The translations under genes were made by a program, and so were the position numbers. Positions 37,101-51,324 of a DNA stretch of 64,000 bases are shown here, one piece after another. How positions within the stretch are numbered: the stretch's first letter is position 1; every line of letters starts with the position of its first letter. Under the pieces are notes generated by a model. That model was given only the letters and a program-made list of their open reading frames with translations. It was not told where the DNA came from and ran no database searches. Origin of the DNA: Camelus ferus (Eukaryota); contig NC_045707.1 of NCBI RefSeq assembly GCF_009834535.1, forward strand, positions 64,606,001-64,670,000, written 5' to 3'.

Positions 37101-37694
37101 ATACACTGGAATCCCCCTAGACAACTTCATTGCTCTCCTTACCTGAATGCGTCCTAAGGACATTTTAGATTGTTTAACTGTAGCATTCTCATTTAGAACT
37201 TTGGTGGGAGGGGGGCTTTTATCTTCCCACCAATAAGAAGTCATTTTTCAGTGCCTAAAAGGGTACCTAGTCCTTGGCAGGTGTTCGGTAGAGATTAGCT
37301 GGATAGATAGATGGATGAATGAATGGAGAGATGAATGGATGGATCTACAGATGAATACATGGATGATAGATAGACAATTATGAATAAATGAAGTGAATAT
37401 TTTAGTAGGAGAATGTACATATACTCTATTCTCCTTGGGCTATGGGTAAGTTATGGAGCCCAGGGAAGCAGTCCGCTGGTAGAGAACTTTACCTATAGGA
37501 AGGGTATCTTAGTGGCATATGCTCTCTTATTAGTTCCAGATACTGATTTATCAGCCTAGAATAAAAGGCAAAAAAAAAAAAAATAGCTCTTTTAATGTAG
37601 CGCATTCTTTTGTCTTTATTTTAAAAAAAATTCAGGAGCTTTAATTACCAAATCACCATATCAGCTGCTATTTCCACCTCAAAATGTTGCTTAT

Positions 37695-38073
37695 TGTGTT
37701 CGTTTTCCCAGGCTTCCATAACAAAGTCCCACAGACTGGGTGGCTTAAACAACAAATTTATTTTCTCTCGCAGTTCTGGATGCTAGATGTCCCAGATCAA
37801 GTTGTCAGCAGGTTTCTTCTGAGGCTTCTCTGGTTGGCTTGCAGACGGCCACCTCGGAACGTCCTCACACGGTCGTCCATCTGTGGTGTCTGTGTTGTAA
37901 TCTCTTCTTATAAGGATGCCCATCATATTGGATTAGAGACCACCCTAAAGACCCCGTTTTAACTCAGTTACCCCTTTACAGGTCTTATCTCCAAATTCAG
38001 TCACAATCTGAAATATTGATGGTTAGGGCTTTGACAGACCAATTTTAGAGGGACGCAATTTTAGTCCACAGCA
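37695..38073. mobile_element. MaLR solo LTR (MLT1A/B/C-like)
   Basis: CCATAACAAAGTCCCACAGACTGGGTGGCTTAAACAAC..CAGTTCTGG..CTTCTTATAAGGA..ATTGGATTAG; TG...CA ends. Confidence 0.8.
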
Positions 38074-41000
38074 TTTACATGGCTTTAAACGTATGTCATT
38101 ATTTCTCAATAATGTCTGTAAGCTACTAGCATCAAAATCTCTTGCAGAGTTTGTTATAAAATGGTATTATTGGCTTCCACCTCATATGTAATGAATTTAG
38201 GAGCGGAGCCTAGGGTATCTGATTGTAAGCAAACATCAGAGTGAATCAGTGTACACTGGAGGTCAGGAACTCCCGATGTAGCTCTTCTATTACTCGTTGG
38301 CATTAAGATTTTGGTACCAGTTCCTCTTTTTGCCAAATCTATAACGCCTAGGAGTGTTGTTTCCTTTCCCAGGAAGAAAATAATACTCTAACATTTGTCC
38401 CGTGTTTTTATAGCATAGAAAATACTTTCACCTACCTTGTTTAGTAGGTAAGAGTATCAGATATATACTCTGCTGACCATATAGTGTTTAATTTTATCCA
38501 CGTGGCAGTCCTGTGGAAGAGGTGTCGTGAAGGCACAGGTTGCGCCGTAGTTAAGAGGAGAGTTGTGAAAGCAGCCTCCTTCACCACTTACTAACCACGT
38601 TGCCTTGGGCAAGTTACTAGCCTCTTCTAATCCATAAAATAGGGATGATCAGAAAAATAATGCTCACTTCATAGGGTCGTTTTGAGGTTGTAATTGGTGC
38701 ATACATAAGTTCCAGAATCGTTTTTGTCACTTACGAATTGTGTAGGAAGTTTCCTCTTACTACTTTCAGGATGGAGATGAGATTGATGTTCATAAGAATT
38801 GACTAATCCCAGATCCACCCAGCTCATGTGTGATAAACCCAGACCAGGAACGCTGGTTCACTGGCCCCAACTCCAGTTCTTTTCACTACTCTGTAGAAAG
38901 GATACCATTTTTAAGTTGGTATTTGTTCTTTCAAATTACATATGATATTTCACTGTTACCTTTCTACTCAACTGTTAAAGAGAAAAACTACAACAAAATG
39001 CTTTAAATCTTAAGATACTCAGCCTGCACAAGGGTAGAATAAGGATTAAATGAGTTTTAGTGTAACAGAGTCAATTTTCAATTGTGCTGAATTTTGGGTG
39101 ATGGGCTTCAGTATTTAGCAATCAGCCATTTGCTGTCTGTTTATTTCACAGATTCTGCAGTCAAGCTGAGTTGCGTATATGGTATCAACCAACTTAATTT
39201 GCTGAACTTGACCTTCTGTGTACTTGGGAGTGTCTTCCGTTAGTCTGACTTCTGTAGGTGGGCATGGCTTTCTATAGGTTAGCAAGACATAAAATCTGAT
39301 TAATCTAGACAGCATGGAAGAAACTTTGTTTCACCTTCCATTCCCAGACACCAATTCCCTGAAATCTCCTTGGGGGCTAAAGGACAATTCTGACACCTTT
39401 ATGACCTTGTAGGAGAAGTCCAGCCCATTCTATATGTTTGAATGTATATAAACGAAGGTAAATCTATGCAACTAAAATTAACATGGTAGGTACACATATA
39501 GATTTCCAGGGATTTGGGGCTTTGATTTTATTTTTCTTCCTTTCGGAAGGAAGGAAGGAATAGTATGATGAACTACCATGTACTCATCACCTACCCTCCA
39601 CAGTTACCAAGTGACAATCTTGTTTCTCTGTATCCCCACTCACTGCTCCACCCCACATCATTTTCATGCAATCCAAGTCAGCAATTTAATTTCATTTATA
39701 AGTATTTCAGTATGCATTTCTGAACGATAAGCATTATTTTTAACATAACTACAATGTCAATATTGTACCTAACATTAACAATAATTCCTTAGTATCTAAA
39801 TGTCCAGGTTTGGAAGCACACATCATGAACTTCTCCATGAGAGAGGCTTCTGGGCGGCAATCTGCTTGAAAGAGGAGGCCAAGGGACTTCCTTCCCTTTA
39901 TACTGCATTTATGTAGTGCTTTAGATAATATTGAGAAAGCCTCCACTGTTAATATCCAAGAACTGGAGTAGGGCTGCCGGAGGTCGCCCTGGGGATGGGG
40001 ATGTTACAGTTCCCATCAGCTGGCAGGGAACCCTCCGTGCTGGCATGGTTCCCTAACACTCGGGAACTTTTCAGTGCTTTAGCGGAAACTGCTCGAACTC
40101 CGAAGTGCCCTCTCTTCTCTCTGATTTCTAGGACCCGCTTGACCTTCCTTCCATACGCGCTCTAGTTCATTCCCTTCATGAAGCTCCCCTCTGAGACCTT
40201 TGCCCTCGGAGACCACTCTTTTGTGTATTCACCTTGATGCCAGTCTGTGGTATCCTTCATGGCAGCAACACTCGCACCAACTGCTATTGACTGAGGCCCC
40301 ACCATGGGCCAATGCTGTGCTTAACACTCAGCTTCCGTCACCCCTTAACTCTGTAAAGCAGACCTGGTTGGACCCATTTCACAGATGAGGGAACAGCCTC
40401 AGAGTGGTTAAATACTTAAGTCACTGCTTGAAGCGACAGTGTTAGGATTTGAACCAGGTCTAGTCTGACATCAAAAGTCAGCCTCCCTGACGGGTCCCCT
40501 TTGAGTTTACCTTTTTCACTTATGCCTTGACTGCCTGAGTGAACTGTAGACCCTCAGAGGGCCGGCCACCTACTACTGGCATACCTAACGCTCAAATAGG
40601 ATGACCCGTAAAATAACACAGCATCCCCCACTGTTGTTAGTGGTGATGCAGATGATGTCAAACTGCTTTAATGTCGAGGCTGTTAAAACTTTCAAAGTTC
40701 TTTGCCTCTTGAACTTCAGTGCATAAAGTTGATAAATGAAATGCATATTAATCTGATATACTAGCATAATATACTATATTATCTTATAGTACAGCTGTCT
40801 ATATGTACCAGCAACAATCACAAAGTAAGACAAAATGACCTCTCCATAAATATATTTAATTAACTGGAGATCATGAGCAATTGCTTTTCCGTTTTGTTCT
40901 TCTGCCCATTTTCAACAACCTGCACTAAGGGATGGTTTGTGACTTTTGCCACCGCCCCACCTCCCAATATCCATGAGAAAATTCCCAATTATTTTATACG

Positions 41001-42600
41001 AGTGGTGGATGTTCACTTCATTTTGTTAGATTGCTACATAAACGCAGCTTCGGGTCACCTTGCTATGTTGCCTTTAACTAGAATAATATCCTAATTCCTG
41101 TAAAAGTACAGAAGTTGACTCTAATCACATAAAAAATAGATGTCTCGGCTTGGAGTTAGTGGCGAAAGATAAGCTGTGTGTTGGAAAGGCAGGTGAAGGG
41201 TAACACCCTGGTTGGGGAGACCTGAGTGCCTGTGGGAAAACTCTGACTTCATTTCATGAAAACCTCTTGGTGCTTTCACGGGAATGAGGATGGCAGATGG
41301 GAGAGATACCCAAACAGCTTATTTGGCAACAAGGGAAGGCAGAGAATAAGGATGGCACCCAGAAAACTCAGAGTAATCCAAACACAAGGTGATGGAACCC
41401 CAGGTTAAGGCAGTGAGATTAAGGGAAAAAAGGAACAGACGAGAAAAATATTATTAAAAAAAATAAATAGAACTTTACTGGCCACAGAATTAGATTTCAC
41501 TGTCATTAGGGTTGTTACTCATTTATCTAGGCTACGGTATCCATACCATCAAATGAAATTTCTGTAACTTTGTCTATTATTTTTCATGGACGTCTGGTTT
41601 GATTTTGTTGTTGTTGTTGTTGTTGTTATACTGACTGTGGGACTCAGGGCACCATTTCTCCCCCTGGGACAGCTGAAGTGTGATAGAAAGAACAAGAATG
41701 CACGACTTGAGGCCAGGTGTTAGGAGCTCAGCTGACCCATTTGTTATCTACGTGTCGTAAATGAGTCACTTAATGCCTCTGAGCCCCTGTTCCAACTAAG
41801 AAAGCACATCAAAAACCATCAGATCCTACACAGATATATTATGTGCTATTATGACTCCAAAAAAAGCTTTTGGCACTATGAATTGCCTGCTCTCTTGTTA
41901 AAAGGCTGAATTTATTTCCAAAATAAATACTATCATTTGAATTCTAAACACTCGGCAAATTCCTATAACAATAGATAATAATGTTTTAATGGCCATATAA
42001 AAGAATTTTTAAAGCAAATAGCAATTCCATTTTATACATTGGAGTTTCTCCCTGTTCCTACGTCACTTTTTTAAAAGGAAAAAAAGGAAGAATCCATTTG
42101 GTTCAGGAATTTAGCTATACTTTATTAGAAAAATTGGGGTGACAGCAGGCCTAATTATGAACTTCTTGGGGCTCTGGATACTGGTAGATTCATTGAAATA
42201 AGAGCAGCTGAATACTGCACAATTTTGCATTTGGCATCCCATCTTCCATGTTCCAGGTCCGTCTGCAACAAAGAAGTACAGGCAAAGATATCTTAACTTT
42301 GTGGCTAATGATAAATTGTGATACTACTGATTGAGATTAAATTATTGATTTAAATTGGTTTTCAAGAGTTCTCATAGCTTGCAATACTTCACTGGTTACT
42401 ATACGTTTGAGAGCAATGGGTGGAAAAACCAGAAAGGCTATAAATGCACACACGTGTGCACTGGTACCTCTAGGCATCGGCATAGATTACGTAAGTCAAG
42501 GAGGGTTTTCTAATTACGTATGAGCTGTCATATGATGAAAAGGACATATGACTAAATTTTCGAACAGCATTAAAACTGTTTCATGTATCTACCTAGATAT

Positions 42601-42632
42601 CTAGATAATAGATAGGTAGGTAGGTAGGTAGG

Positions 42633-42672
<40 letters not shown>

Positions 42673-42677
42673 TAGAT
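42601..42677. repeat. Compound TAGA/TAGG/CAGA tetranucleotide microsatellite
   Basis: Seen directly. Confidence 0.92.
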
Positions 42678-44034
42678 GAAATTAGCACCCTGACGGAAAT
42701 ATCTAATTTGTGCTAATAAAATATAGAAAACTTTTTTTTTAATACAGCAGAGTTTTCCTTAGACTCAGATTGAAAAGAAATCTGAAAGCTATTGAACTTC
42801 TGCAGGAGGCATAGCAGTAGTGGACACCTGCCAGCAAAGGGCTTTATCGCAGCGCAAATGGGGTTTTAAGTGTTTGTTTCCAGGGCAGGTTCTTGCAGCC
42901 CAGGCACTTCCCAGTCGCATTGTTCCTTTGTTCTAGCGGATGTACAAAGGATTGACTGTTTTGTTTTCTGGCTCACAGAGATTAGATAAAGTCTGCGCTT
43001 CTGAACTTCACCCTCTAAGCACGCAACCTTAAAATTCATTTTCTATAGCTCATAATTCTGCAGATTATATACGTTTAGAGCATACTGATCGTGGCATCAT
43101 TTTCCTTAACCTTTGTCTGGCTTGGTGGTGGACGTCAGTGACAGCATTGATCCCTTTCAGAGCTATCACTGGAAAGCAGTTGCCCCTCTTGTCCTTGTCC
43201 TTAAAATGCCTCTTCAGCAAAAATGTGTCATTTCAGTGTGATGTGACAAGGTTGCTCTTGAGTTTCACTGGCTGTTAGAATCTCGTGGTAACAAGAAAAC
43301 TTTCTGGGAGGAGAAATTATGTTCTTTCCTTGTATTACGACGTCCTTAATTATAGACTGTTATGTAGGATAGAACATTTAAATAGTATTGCCACCAAAAA
43401 AAAAAAAAACCCAGCCCATACTGTTTTTCCTCAAGAACCCATAAGTGAGAATCATCTTGGGAATTTTTAAATTTTATCTTAAGGGTTAGAAAGTTAGTTC
43501 ATGGGAATGAACTGATAAGATTTTTCCAAGGTTTTTTTGTTTGTTTGTTTGTTTTTTAAGAAGGCAATTGAAGCTATTATCAGTTTAGAGTACAAAAAAA
43601 ATATATGGTATTCCACTTTTGCATCCATTTTGTCAGTGATCCAGTGGAAATTCGTTTTTATGATCAAGTAGACAAAATAAGTTTACACTGAGGAGTGCCC
43701 ATCGTATTCCAGGTGAAGTCTCTCGTATATCTTCTTACTCCTCAGATCACTCAAGAATATGGGTACCAGAACTATGCTCCCCAGACAGGGGGAGAAATGG
43801 AGGCTTAGAATGTTGAGTAACTTGCCCAAAGTTCATGACTGGTAACGTGCAGGAGGCGAGATTTGAGTTGAGTTCTGACTCCAAAGCCCACGCTCTTTGC
43901 CGCTACATCCCCCTGCTTCTGTGACGAGATCTTCCTGATTAAAGGAGGGATAATAATAATAATAGCTAATATTGAACACTGACTACGTGCCAGCTATTGT
44001 TCTAAGTGCTCTAGATAAAGTACTCAATTTAGCC

Positions 44035-44527
44035 ATTGGCAGCAGCGTGGATGGATCTGGAGGATGTCATGCTAAGTGAAGTAAGCCAGAAAGAGAAAGA
44101 AAAGTATTGTATGGTATCACTCATATTGTGGAATCTAAAAAAAAAAAAAAAAAAAAAAGACACTAATGAACTTATCTACAAAACAGAAACAGACTCACAG
44201 ACACAGTAAACAAACATGGTTACTAGGGGGGAAGGGAGTAGGAAGGCATAAATTTAAAGTTCCAGATTTGCAAATATCAACTACTATATATAAAATAGAT
44301 TAAAAACAAATTTCTTATGTATAGCACAGGGAACTATATTCAATATATTATAGTGACCTATAATGACAAAGAACATGAAAATGAATATGTGTATTGTATG
44401 TATGACTGAACATTATGCTGTACATCAGAAACTGTACTTCAATAAAAAGAAAAAGAATATCAATTGACCATAAAAATAAGGGATTATTTCTGATTTCTCA
44501 AGTATGTTCTATTGATTAAAAAAAAAA
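44035..44527 (+). mobile_element. 5'-truncated L1 inserted into a MIR
   Basis: GCAGCGTGGATGGATCTGGAGG..CTAAGTGAAGTAAGCCAG, GAACTTATCTACAAAACAGAAACAGACTCACAGAC, AATAAA/A-tail; MIR halves on both sides; imperfect TSD at 44023-44034 and 44530-44541. Confidence 0.85.
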
Positions 44528-46007
44528 CCCTCAACTTAACCTTCATAACAATTCCACTGAAAAGATGGCAGTGTTATCAGCATGGCATAGAGGAAACCAC
44601 CGAGGCACAGGGAGCGTAAGGAATTGCTAAGAAGCAGGAGACGCGGATTCAAGCCCAGGCTGTCAGACTCTGGAACCTACACTCTCCAGGTGAACCTGTG
44701 CTGTGCTGGAGTGTAAACTGCACAGCCTTGTCCTCCAAGCTCACCTGAGCTTTGAGCTCTCAAAGTTACTGCTGCCTTGGCTTGGCTGTGTCTAGCCTGT
44801 GTATGGCATCTGTAGGTGACCCCTAGTTCCACTGAGCGGTCTGGTTATAAATGCCTTTTGAATATAGAATAAGACTGCCTCGTTCCGGTTTGTGTCAACG
44901 TTAGCCACAGGTGAACACTTTCTTAAAACATAAACTGTTCTAAGGAGATGCTAACTTGCTCCAGTTATTTCATGAGTGAACTGTAACTTACCAGGAGGTA
45001 TATGAGAACTGAGATCTCTACAGCCAGGTCACTGAAACATCTGAGCTGACTCTTGAAATTTAGTCCCCAGTATCTTAATCTCACTTTCTAGACCAAGAAC
45101 CATGTAGGACTTCTGAAAATGACTCACATGTAAATGTCTGTCGGTGTTTCTACTCCCAACGTTCACAGAAGGGAGAGCCTTATTTCTCAGATGGACTTAC
45201 TGCATCCCTTACTTACTTACTTACTTACTGCATCATCTGCTCACTAAGCATTATTGACTTAGTTCCTAACGTGGAAATGTGCTGTTCATCCTATTTCAAG
45301 ATCCACGGTGAAGATATATTACACAGGAAATAGGACTCCTCAAACTAACCCATGGCTTTGAGAGTTAAAACTAAGTAAACAGCCAGGTGCAGGACTAACC
45401 CATTCCCACCTGCTCTGGGAGCTCTGGCAGCTTCGGAATGTCCCAGAACTCGAGTTTAGAAAGTCTAGGGACATAGTGGCTCCCAGTTGTTGGGAGAATT
45501 CATTCTGGTGATCACACCCAGCCTGGGCTCATAATCAGATTTGTATCTTTGTGGTTTTCTGATATCTGAAAACAATCTGAAGTTTTGTATATTTAACCCC
45601 CTCAGAACCGACAACCTAAAAAAGAGAAAGTTTAGTACAAATTTTAAAATTATTTCTTAATATTTTCTGTTGAGATTTTCAGTATTTATCCAGGCAGAGC
45701 CTGGATGTTTGTCAATGTCTGAAAAATGCAAAACTTGCAAACCAAAGAAGATATAACCTTGCTTGGAATTCCAAGCTCAGAGCTGTCTTTAAAAAAAGAT
45801 GTTATTAGGGGAAAAAAGGAGTTTATATGACTAGTAGCTAAATGAATTTCTTTTTTAAATAAAATGGTAAGTTTGCAAGTGATGTACAATGCCCATTTGT
45901 TTTATGGGCAGCAGATTTGTTAAGTTTTGCAGGAAAATGTACAGCAAAGCAGGCGTGTATTTGCAAAAGTCTTCAAGCTACCTTCTCTTTTATTTTTTGC
46001 CCTGCAG

Positions 46008-46283
46008 ATCCTTTGCCTCCTGCTAGGTTTGAAGTCAATAAAGAGAAGACTACATCAACCAGCTTGCATGTTTGGTGGACTCCTTCTTCTGGGAAGGTCT
46101 CCTGGTATGAGGTGCAGTTACTTGATGATAAACAAAAGACACAGGAGTCCCAGATTCAAGGAAGAACTTCAAGGAATGAATATACATTTTTTAACCTCAC
46201 TGCTGGTAATAAGTACAATATTACCATCACAGCTGTTTCTGGAGATAAACATTCCTCTACAGTTTATACCAATGGATCAACAG
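46008..46283 (+). CDS. PTPRB: PTPRB FN3 repeat 2
   Basis: cctgcAG acceptor; (D)PLPPARF...LHVWWTPSSG...NLTAGNKYNITITAVSG...NGST; 276 nt, phase 1-1. Confidence 0.96.
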
Positions 46284-47055
46284 GTAAGACCTGTTTACAG
46301 ATAGTTGGGTATTTAATAGTCTATGCTCCTTTTGAAATTATATTAAAGTCAAGAAATGGGAGTAGGATACCCTGAGATCAAAAATAAATAGGTAGCTAGA
46401 TAGGTAGCTGGATGGATGGATGGATGGATGGATCTATTCATAATAGGTAGACAAACAAATAAATACTGTTTGATATAGAGGAAAGACTGGACTGGAAAAT
46501 GATGTGTGGTCGTGCTGCTAGCTTGCTGGGTAATTCTGAACAAGTCATAGGACTTCTCTGGGACTTGAATTTTCTCCAAAATGATGATAGTTCCCAATGG
46601 CCATTCTGACTTAAATCTTAGTCAACAGGATTTTCTGCCTCATTGTTTGTGAGTTTGTGCCATAGAACTTACTTTTTTAATGTTTTTCTTGCCTGTATAG
46701 TCTTCTCATAACATCAAGTCACGTTTCCTAAACATCCCTATGTTTGGAACAAGCCTTTGCTTTCACCCACGCCTCCCGATACCAGGGACGCGTTACCACT
46801 TCCTTCCATAATGTACTGTCTTAGTGTTCACTCTCCCATCATTTTCTCTCCTGTTTTATTGCTTTCTTTCCATTTTTCATCGTCTGTGGTTCTTCCCTTT
46901 TTTGTTTCCCTTTACTGCTATGCCACACCATGCTTCATTGGCAAAAGCTACCTTAATACCTGTTAAGTGAATGTGTGATTTCAGATTAAATGTGTCTGTA
47001 TCTTCTGTAAGGAAACTGTGAATGACACTTTGGAAATTGCATTTTTTCCCGCTAG

Positions 47056-47313
47056 TGCCGTCCCCAGTAAAAGATATTAGTATTTCACCGAAAACTGATT
47101 CTCTCCTGATTTCCTGGTCACGTGGCTCTGGGAATGTGGAAAGATACCAGCTGATGCTAATGGATAAAAGGATTCTAGTTCATAGTAATGCCGTGGACAA
47201 ATACGCTACTTCCTACACCTTTCATGGACTGACACCTGGTCACCTCTATAATGTCACCATTGTTACTGAGGCGGCAGGGCTGCAAAACTACAGATGGAAA
47301 CCAGCCAGGACAA
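47056..47313 (+). CDS. PTPRB: PTPRB FN3 repeat 3
   Basis: ccgctAG acceptor; (V)PSPVKDI...LLISWSRGSG...GLTPGHLYNVTIVT...ART; 258 nt, donor CAA|GTAAGT. Confidence 0.95.
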
Positions 47314-47966
47314 GTAAGTTTAATGAAACATTGTTAATTTATATTACACCATTAGTGAGGCCCCAAATTATAGCATAGGCCAGAGGTAGAAAAAAATATC
47401 ACCAAAGTGTCTCTCCTTTGTAATCATTTTTCTTTGATGAAATAATGAGGCAAGGATTAAGCTGGAACTTTATCATGATTCAATATGAAAAATAAAATAT
47501 TTTTAGCACACAAAATTTGATGATGCTGGCCAATCAATCAACCAATCTTATTTCTCATGTACTTGTTGTTATTGAATACATGAAGATGGGAAGAAATTAG
47601 GCAGATGATAGACTTCTTTGAGGATTCCGCTTAAAAGATTTTTAGAATTGAAAAAGGCGATTGTAAGTTTTTTTGACCAAGTCATCATTAGCCAATAAAG
47701 ACCCTTAGGCTTAGTAAGATAAGAGCGGCTCAGGGTTGCCCAGCCAACCAGTGGCCAAGCTTGAGCCAGAATCTAGGGTCCTGACTACTGTGGTTGTGCC
47801 CTGTCCACTTGCTAGACAGCCTCTCTTTGGTTTTGCAGTAATATTTCTTTTAGTTCATGAAGTCATTGTTTTCTTCAGAGCAGGGATTAAAACACAGGTC
47901 AAAATTTGGCCATAAGACCGGTGCGATATCCTGAGTTAAAATCTCTTTCCCTTTCTTCCTAACTAG

Positions 47967-48230
47967 CCCCCATGGAAGTCTCAAATTTGAAGGTGACAAA
48001 TGGTGGCTCTTTGACCTCTCTGAAAGCCAAGTGGCAAAGACCTTCTGGAAATGTGGATTCCTACAACGTTACCCTATCTCACCAAGGGGCCATCCAAGAA
48101 TCCAGACTGTTAGCACCCCAGATTACTGAAACTCAGTTTAATGACTTAACCCCTGGGCGACTTTATCATGTCACCATCAGCTGTGTCTCTGGTGAACTGT
48201 CTGCTCCCAAGGTGGCGGTGGGCAGAACAG
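47967..48230 (+). CDS. PTPRB: PTPRB FN3 repeat 4
   Basis: aactAG acceptor; PMEVSNLKV...KWQRPSG...DLTPGRLYHVTISC...GRT; 264 nt, donor CAG|GTGAGT. Confidence 0.96.
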
Positions 48231-48692
48231 GTGAGTCTAGGGCTCCAGAAATTCCTTACTTGCTCAAATCACTCTCTGATCCACCTTAAGACAGAACAAA
48301 ATAGGTTAGAAGGAAAATTCCTTTCCCAACCTGAGAAGCATGGTCTGCATGACTGAGGATGCCTGTGGGCCAGGGCCCCATGTAGAGAGTCAAGCAGAGG
48401 GTTAATTGCATTCATCTGACTTATTTATGCAAACGTATTTGGATTGATTCCTGAATGATCTGTGTAACTCACTCTGTCTTGTGCTTTTTCACATCACACC
48501 ACTTAAGTAGCAGAAACGAATCCGCATTGATACCAACAAATGAAACATTTCTGGTCAACTCTTATAATGAGGGCCAGTTAACACTTACCATGTTTCCTAT
48601 TAATTATTTTATTAATTAATGTCACCAAACATTTATTCAGTGCCTTCCATGTAGAAATTACTGTATTATGAGCTTTGAGAGTTGTTAAGATG

Positions 48693-48885
48693 TCAGGGTT
48701 CAACAAACTATACCCTTCAGCCAAATATGGCCTGTGACCTCTTTTTTTTTGTAGAACCCCAAGCTAAGGGTGGTTTTTATATTTTCAGAGAGTTTTTTTT
48801 TTTAAAGAAAGAAAACAAAAGAAAAACATGACAGAAGCCATATGTGGCCCACAAATCCTGAAATATTTACTTTGCAGATCCCTGC
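48693..48885. mobile_element. MER58A-like DNA transposon
   Basis: CAGGGTTCAACAAACTAT..GCCAAAT..TATGTGGCCCACAAA..AAATATTTACT..CCCTG. Confidence 0.6.
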
Positions 48886-50036
48886 TTTTAAGGAAGTTAC
48901 ATGCTAATCACACAAATGTAGAACACACACACACACACAGAACAAGCAGTGCGTCTGGATAACGGTCATTGTATTGTTATTTCCACGGATCAGGCACTGG
49001 CACAACCCTTTATACCATCGTTTCATTTTGTTCTCACGGTAAAAACATGAGCGAGGTCCTGCTATTACCACCGTTTTATAGATAACTCAGAGAGAGCAGA
49101 TAACTCGTCCACAGTCATCCAGCCAGTAAGTGCTGGGGTTTCAACCAGGCGGTCCGATCCCGGAGTCCATTGTCTGTGCTATTGGAGACCCCAAGGAAGA
49201 GGCTTATAATTGACCAGAAAGAAAAGAGAACCAAGCTCTCTTTCAGAAGATCGGTAAAGACTTCTTGGAGGAAATGGCCTTTCACTCAGACTTTGAAAAT
49301 GTGAAGCTCTTAGCAAGTTAAGAGGGGAAAAAGGAAAGGGCATTTGAAGTGGAAGGCATAATACAAACAAAGGCACTGAGGCAGGAGAGCCCGGAGACTC
49401 ACAGGCTACAGAACGTAACACTGGAGACCAGCATTCAAGAGTGAGGAAGGAGGGGAGGTGGCTGCAGGGCCCAGCCAGAGTGAGGACTGGAAGGATACGG
49501 GGTCTGATGTGGGGCGGCTACAAATGCCACACCACGGGCTTGAGGTTTTATTTTATAGTTAATGGAGAGACCTTGAAAGTTTTTGAGCAAAGGAATAATA
49601 AGATCAGAGCTATATTGCAAGAAGATTAATCTTTTCAGTTGGAAAAGAGCGAGAGGAATGTTTTGTGACCACAGCATCCAGGGTTTCTTCCAAAAGATGC
49701 CACATCCATCAATGTCACCATCGTTAGAAGCATCATCATTGCTGTCTCTGGCGCTGGTGTATAATCAATAAAACACAGTGTTCGTATCACCAGGTTATTA
49801 ACTGTGTTACAGAAGATTGCATTACTGATGTATTACTAAAATGATTTTAGCGTACATTTCTTGAATGTGAAAATGTTTCCAAAATACTCATTTACAATTC
49901 ACAGACATCAGGAAGGGATAGAAATGATTTGAATTGCAGATATTAGGTCTCTCATCTCCTGTTGCCCATGAAAAGGAAATGAGTATCCTTGCTTTCGGTT
50001 TTTAGTATCTCCTTTTGACATCATTTCACCATTTAG

Positions 50037-50306
50037 TTCCAGAAGCAGTTGGGGACCTGGAGGCCAACAGCAGTGGTTCTACGAGGTCCCTGGTAGTGAG
50101 CTGGTCGCCCCCTGCTGGAGACTGGGAGTGGTATCGTATCCTGCTCTTGAACGATTCTTTAACGCTGCTCAACATCACCGTGGGAAAGGAGGAAACACAC
50201 TATGTCATAGATGACGTGGGGCTCATACCGGGAAGACAGTATGAGGTAGAAGTCACTGTTGTGAGCGGAAATCTGAAGAATTCTAAGCGTTGCCAGGGCA
50301 GGACAG
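50037..50306 (+). CDS. PTPRB: PTPRB FN3 repeat 5
   Basis: catttAG acceptor; (V)PEAVGDLEA...LVVSWSPPAGDWEWY...GLIPGRQYEVEV...QGRT; 270 nt. Confidence 0.96.
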
Positions 50307-51324
50307 GTAAGCAAATATCGAGGTGTTAATGACTGATGGAACCTTACTTTGATCCTTCTAAGTAACCCAGGTAACCTGTCATACCCACAGTGTTCCCTGA
50401 ATTTGAGAGATTATAGACTTGCAGACTGAAGTAAGTTGGTAATGTTTGATTTTTGTCAAATTAGAACATTAGAAATCACTTCCACTAGTAAGTCCATTAT
50501 TTTTTTTTTTTTTTTAAAAAGGGAGGGGGAGAGACCTTTTTAACACCAAAAGAATGGGAAAAAAACAACCTGAGAGCTTCTTCCCCACAAAAGTAAATAG
50601 TTGATAACCTGTCACTGGTGATCAGGGTTAGAGAACCACTGCCTGGACCCAGTGTTGACTGATGGGGGGATTTCAGGGACCAAGGAAGGGATGTTAAAAT
50701 GGAGAGGGATATAGTCAGATTTTAGGGCAGAGGAGAAGAAAGCTACTGAGATGTGGGTTTTGGTGTTCTTGCTGCCACCACTCTACTGTGATTCCTTCGG
50801 CAAGTCACAACTTCTCTGAGTCTGTTTTCTCAACTTTCAAATAAGAGAGTTGACCTGCTAAACTCAACATTTCTATGAAAAATCCCTATGGTAGGGCATA
50901 CTCCATTCTTGGAGTGAAATTCAAATATATTCTCTCTTAGTCTTGCCTGATAATAAGGAAATGTCTACTTTGACTCAATGTTCTGCTTAGAAGAATAACA
51001 AAGAAAAGGACCAGGACACGCCTTTAGCTTGCCAGCTGTGCGTTCCAATCACCTCTTCATTTTCCAAATATTAATACGCACTGGATGATGATCAAAAATA
51101 AATGACCCCAGAAAGTATTTTTTTGACTCCTTATTTCTGGTTATGTCACACGAACAAAGTTTTTTTTTTTTGTGATTAGCTTTTTTTCCTAAGTGCTCAT
51201 AAGCATGCAGAAAAGAAATGCTAAATTACAACTCTCCTGTGGATGGGAGAGATCAGATCTCTAAGGAATACTTGAGTGTATCTGAGTTAATCAGTGACCC
51301 AAATGTCCATTGCTTTTTTCTCAG

